From contig JBLDXI010000001.1 of NCBI GenBank assembly GCA_047495785.1, positions 1,612,001 to 1,676,000 on the forward strand: DNA of 64,000 nucleotides, read 5' to 3'. Shown here piece by piece: positions 60,796 through 64,000 of this stretch. Each line of letters starts with the position of its first letter. Within the stretch, counting starts at the first letter, position 1. This DNA is from Lepidodermella squamata. Lineage: Eukaryota > Animalia > Gastrotricha. Below the pieces are notes generated by a model that was not told the origin of the DNA, made no database searches, and was given only the letters and a program-made list of their open reading frames with translations. A program made the translations under genes and the position numbers.

Positions 60796-62906
60796 ATGTT
60801 GCAATATAGTCTGGTACGTTGGCTGGGTGCCATCAAATTTACCAAATTTTCTCCTACATATCTACAGCTCATTGTCTTCGTGATCTCCTTGCCGAGGCAA
60901 CTAGCTGCACAAGACAACAACTTCTGTACTCGTAATGCAGATTGCGATTTCAATAAGCTATGCAAAATGCCGGATTTTTTCGATATGCCAAGCATGTGGC
61001 CGCCATGCTTGCATTACGGCGGATGCGCCTGTACAAATGGCTTAGTCCTAGCCAAAAACAACACCTGCGTCCCATGTGAGTCTTATCACGCAAAAATCAC
61101 ACTTGTAGCGAGCCATTTATCTAACAGATTTGGATTTGGACCTGGATTCACCATGTTCGAATCAGCCGTTCGAGCGATACAACGCGAGTTTGCGATGCAA
61201 TGGAACGAGAGTCATATGCAACACTCCAACCTATACAGTAGACTAAAACGAGGTGATCTGCTAATTTTCTGTATTTTTTCAAGTTGCAGGCTAACAAGTG
61301 CTCTTGCGTCCTGACTCCCGTTCCAGTTGTGCCAATCGTACCAATTATTTCCGGCGCATGGAATAACTCGGACTTGGGATTTGTGACTGTTCCTTACCTT
61401 GGAATATGTGATTTAAAACTACGATTTTGCGATTTTTCAAAAGGACTCACTTGCCAGGCAAGAAGTCGCAACGCGAGTCAGTGCCTTTGCGCAAAAAAAT
61501 ATCACATTTACGCTGATGGAAGTTGCAGACCGCGTGAGTCACGATTATTTTCTAGCTCTTTGTGTGTTTAAACATCGGATTCCAGGGTTGTATGGAGATT
61601 CGTGTTGGGACGATGCTGAATGCTCGAGTATTTCAGCCACTGGGACTGAATGCCGCCTGGGCAGATGTCGCTGTGCAAACGGATACGAACCAGTCACGAA
61701 TCGTTACTTCAACGCCACAGCCAAGTCGACATACACTCAACGCATTTGCGTTTCGAGCTCCGCTGTTACATGGGTTCCAACAGGCCAGGCCTGTACGATT
61801 GCTCCAGAATTGTTCATGATTTTAGGCAACTTCACGCGAGTTTGCCATCCGCGAGCGTTCTGCCATCGCTGTTCTTCGACCGTGAGTTTTGATGGGGTGT
61901 GCCGTGAGTTGACGTGTTCGGCGGATCAGGATTGTGGCGATGGTTATAGATGTAATAATTGGGCTGGTATGGTCGACCCTCCCTGCGAGCTTGGAATGTG
62001 CGATTGCCCTGGAAATGGACGGTATTTGGACCGATTCAGCCGCTGCTCTGAATGTAAAAATCACTGTTTGACATTTGTGAATTCTACATCAAATTGTTTA
62101 GATCGGAAATTGCAATTAGGAGATAGGTGTTTCCCGAGAAACGCCGGGCTTCATCCTTGGTTCACGACTAACGAAATTATGGATGACACCATGGAATGCG
62201 TCGAGCAGCCGCCCACCTCTTTCGGCATCGTCAAGTGTAAACTGCCCTTAGTCGAAGATATCGACGGTCGATGCGTCCACAACGACGATACTCAGGCCGA
62301 ATACGTCCGGCTACCCTACGAATCTCCTTGCGATGACACTAATCTCATCATTCCCATAGCGAGATGCGACGCTTCTCTAGAGCTGTTTTGCACAGCCCAG
62401 AACAAGTGCGGGTGCCTGTCGTACATGATTTGGGACGGTAGGAAATGCCGAGTTCGAACCCTGGGCGATCAGTGCAAGGAAACAATCGACTGCCAGAATG
62501 AACCCTTCGGCGTTACGGCAATTTGCCTCCTGGGCGTCTGCTCATGCTCGACCGGCTACAGGCGTGTTGATGTCAATTCGATCAATTTGATATCGATCAA
62601 TTTCGGCATAGATAAGGCTCTGCGACTTGTCACTTCTTACTGCCTACAATTGGTCAAGGTAGTCGGCAAGGCGTCGATTTGCCACCTGGATCCGTTCAGC
62701 ACCGCGTCGACAGTTCAGAGTTTGGTACTGGTTTGCGATGTTGGGCTCTATTGCTTGCGATGTCCGGCTGATTTCAACCCGGACGATACAAATCTCGGCT
62801 ATTGTCGTAAGCACTTTTTTGCCTAAGGCTTCCGCTGATGTTTGGCTTTTTTGCAGGAACATTCACCACTCCTGTGCGATCAGCCAGTGAACTTATAGGA
62901 GATTAA
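60796..62906 (+). CDS. Secreted Cys-rich protein with EB/EGF-like modules, multi-exon, internally duplicated
   Basis: Signal peptide after removing the in-frame intron 60814-60867. Repeated GDxCxxxxxC..CxxGxCxCxxGY modules and two CxRC-containing units. Confidence 0.7.
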
Positions 62907-63036
62907 TTTGCTGCATATCATTTTTTGAATTCATATGCATATCTTCAGCACTTCTAAATTTTAAGAAATAATAAAGAAAGATGTAAAAAAAGAAGTTGTA
63001 GGGCATCGGTCGAAGGCTATAAGCAGATATCTCTAT

Positions 63037-63480
63037 TTAGCATTTGTCCAAGATGATGCCGAGGAATCTCAGACACACTGAGGGGGCTGAGCGGGACGTA
63101 CGATGGTAGACGAGAGAAAGCTGCAGTAACTTCACTGCTACATTAGCTGAACTGTCGTCACAAGAGACAAGCCAAGGCAGCGATCTGATCGCTTTCATCT
63201 TGAGCAAGGAAAGTGAAGGACGAGTAAACCATAGAGCGAAGTAGGAACTGGTAGGGATTCGCTCTCTGGAGTAAACACATTTTCGTTTTGTTGAGCCGTC
63301 GACTCTGCCGCCGAGAAGGTAGCTGATGAGGGAAAATTCATCGGCTAACAAATACAGGGACTTAGGGGGAACGGGGGACATCACATTGTTTTGGTGTCTT
63401 GGCAGCCCACTCGGCGAGACGGCGGGGCAAACAACAAAGACCATGCAATAGATCGATAAAATAGCTCCTTATATAACAGC
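63037..63480 (-). mobile_element. Highly decayed non-LTR (LINE) reverse transcriptase fragment
   Basis: Ordered degenerate motifs IRSYFID (cf. WIxSYLxDR), SGLP..NVMSP..LY..AD (cf. SGVPQGSVLSP.LF.LY..D) and LRFLGIILDK (cf. KFLGxxLDxKL). The YADD motif is lost. Confidence 0.45.
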
Positions 63481-63557
63481 TGTTAACAGTCATTTCAATT
63501 AAGCGTTCATCAACTTTTTTAATTATTATACTTCGCACAACTTTCTTATAAAATACC

Positions 63558-63765
63558 ATGAACAAGCTTTTGTCTGTTACCTTGCTTTTGGTTAGTTTAA
63601 ATGATTAAGATGAAGAATCTTGATACATATCAAAACATTTTTCAGGTTTTTGTTGCTGTTTGTTCGAGCACAGATCTGTCAAGCGGAGCTAAGGATGTCG
63701 TCAACAAACCATCCGCGCCTGCGGCATCTATCCCGCCAGCCCAGATAAGCGGAGCTAAGGGCTAA
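63558..63765 (+). CDS. Small secreted Pro/Ala-rich repeat peptide; exons 63558-63590, 63646-63765 (ancestral frame runs to 63862)
   Basis: MNKLLSVTLLL|VFVAVCSS signal peptide. Two copies of SGAKD(V/I)VNKP.APA.SIPPAQI, with a 7-nt duplication (GCTAAGG) creating a stop between them. Confidence 0.65.
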
Positions 63766-64000
63766 GGACATCGTCAATAAACCAGGCGCGCCTGCTTCCA
63801 TCCCACCAGCCCAGATTAGTGGAATAATGAAGCAACCTCGCAAACCAGTCTCAAGACGATGAAGAATTCAAGTGCAGTTTAAGACTTTGGCGAAGTCTGG
63901 CCACGGTAATGCATAACACTTTGCGGTATTAGGTTTTGGGCAGTATATGAATGCAATTTTACCCTGTGCCTCATGAATTCTGTATATTATAACCAAATAA

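Overview
Compact eukaryotic (invertebrate) genomic DNA. Introns are mostly ~50-65 nt GT-AG, many with TTTCAG-type acceptors, and some intergenic gaps are very short, which is nematode-like (inference only). From left to right: (1) the right part of a CACTA/CMC-type DNA transposon, with a spliced transposase, a spliced BEN-domain gene and a right terminus at ~6122, apparently sitting in intron 1 of a host gene; (2) a cluster of nine Ly6/uPAR (three-finger)-like genes with an unusual 12-Cys pattern and helical insertions, mixed with a double-LamG secreted protein, a trypsin-like pseudogene, two small secreted peptides and an intron-containing, pseudolysin-like M4 metalloprotease; (3) two tandem MCTP genes; (4) an array of eight secreted acetylcholinesterase-like carboxylesterases, seven lacking the choline-binding Trp, with two signal-peptide ankyrin-repeat genes alternating with them; (5) a BTB-BACK gene, a Cys-rich EB-module gene, a LINE remnant and a small secreted repeat peptide. 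Several MITE-like foldbacks are scattered through the window. About 25 of 28 host genes encode secretory-pathway proteins. Exon structures were assembled by hand and family calls come from motif recognition only; no searches were run.
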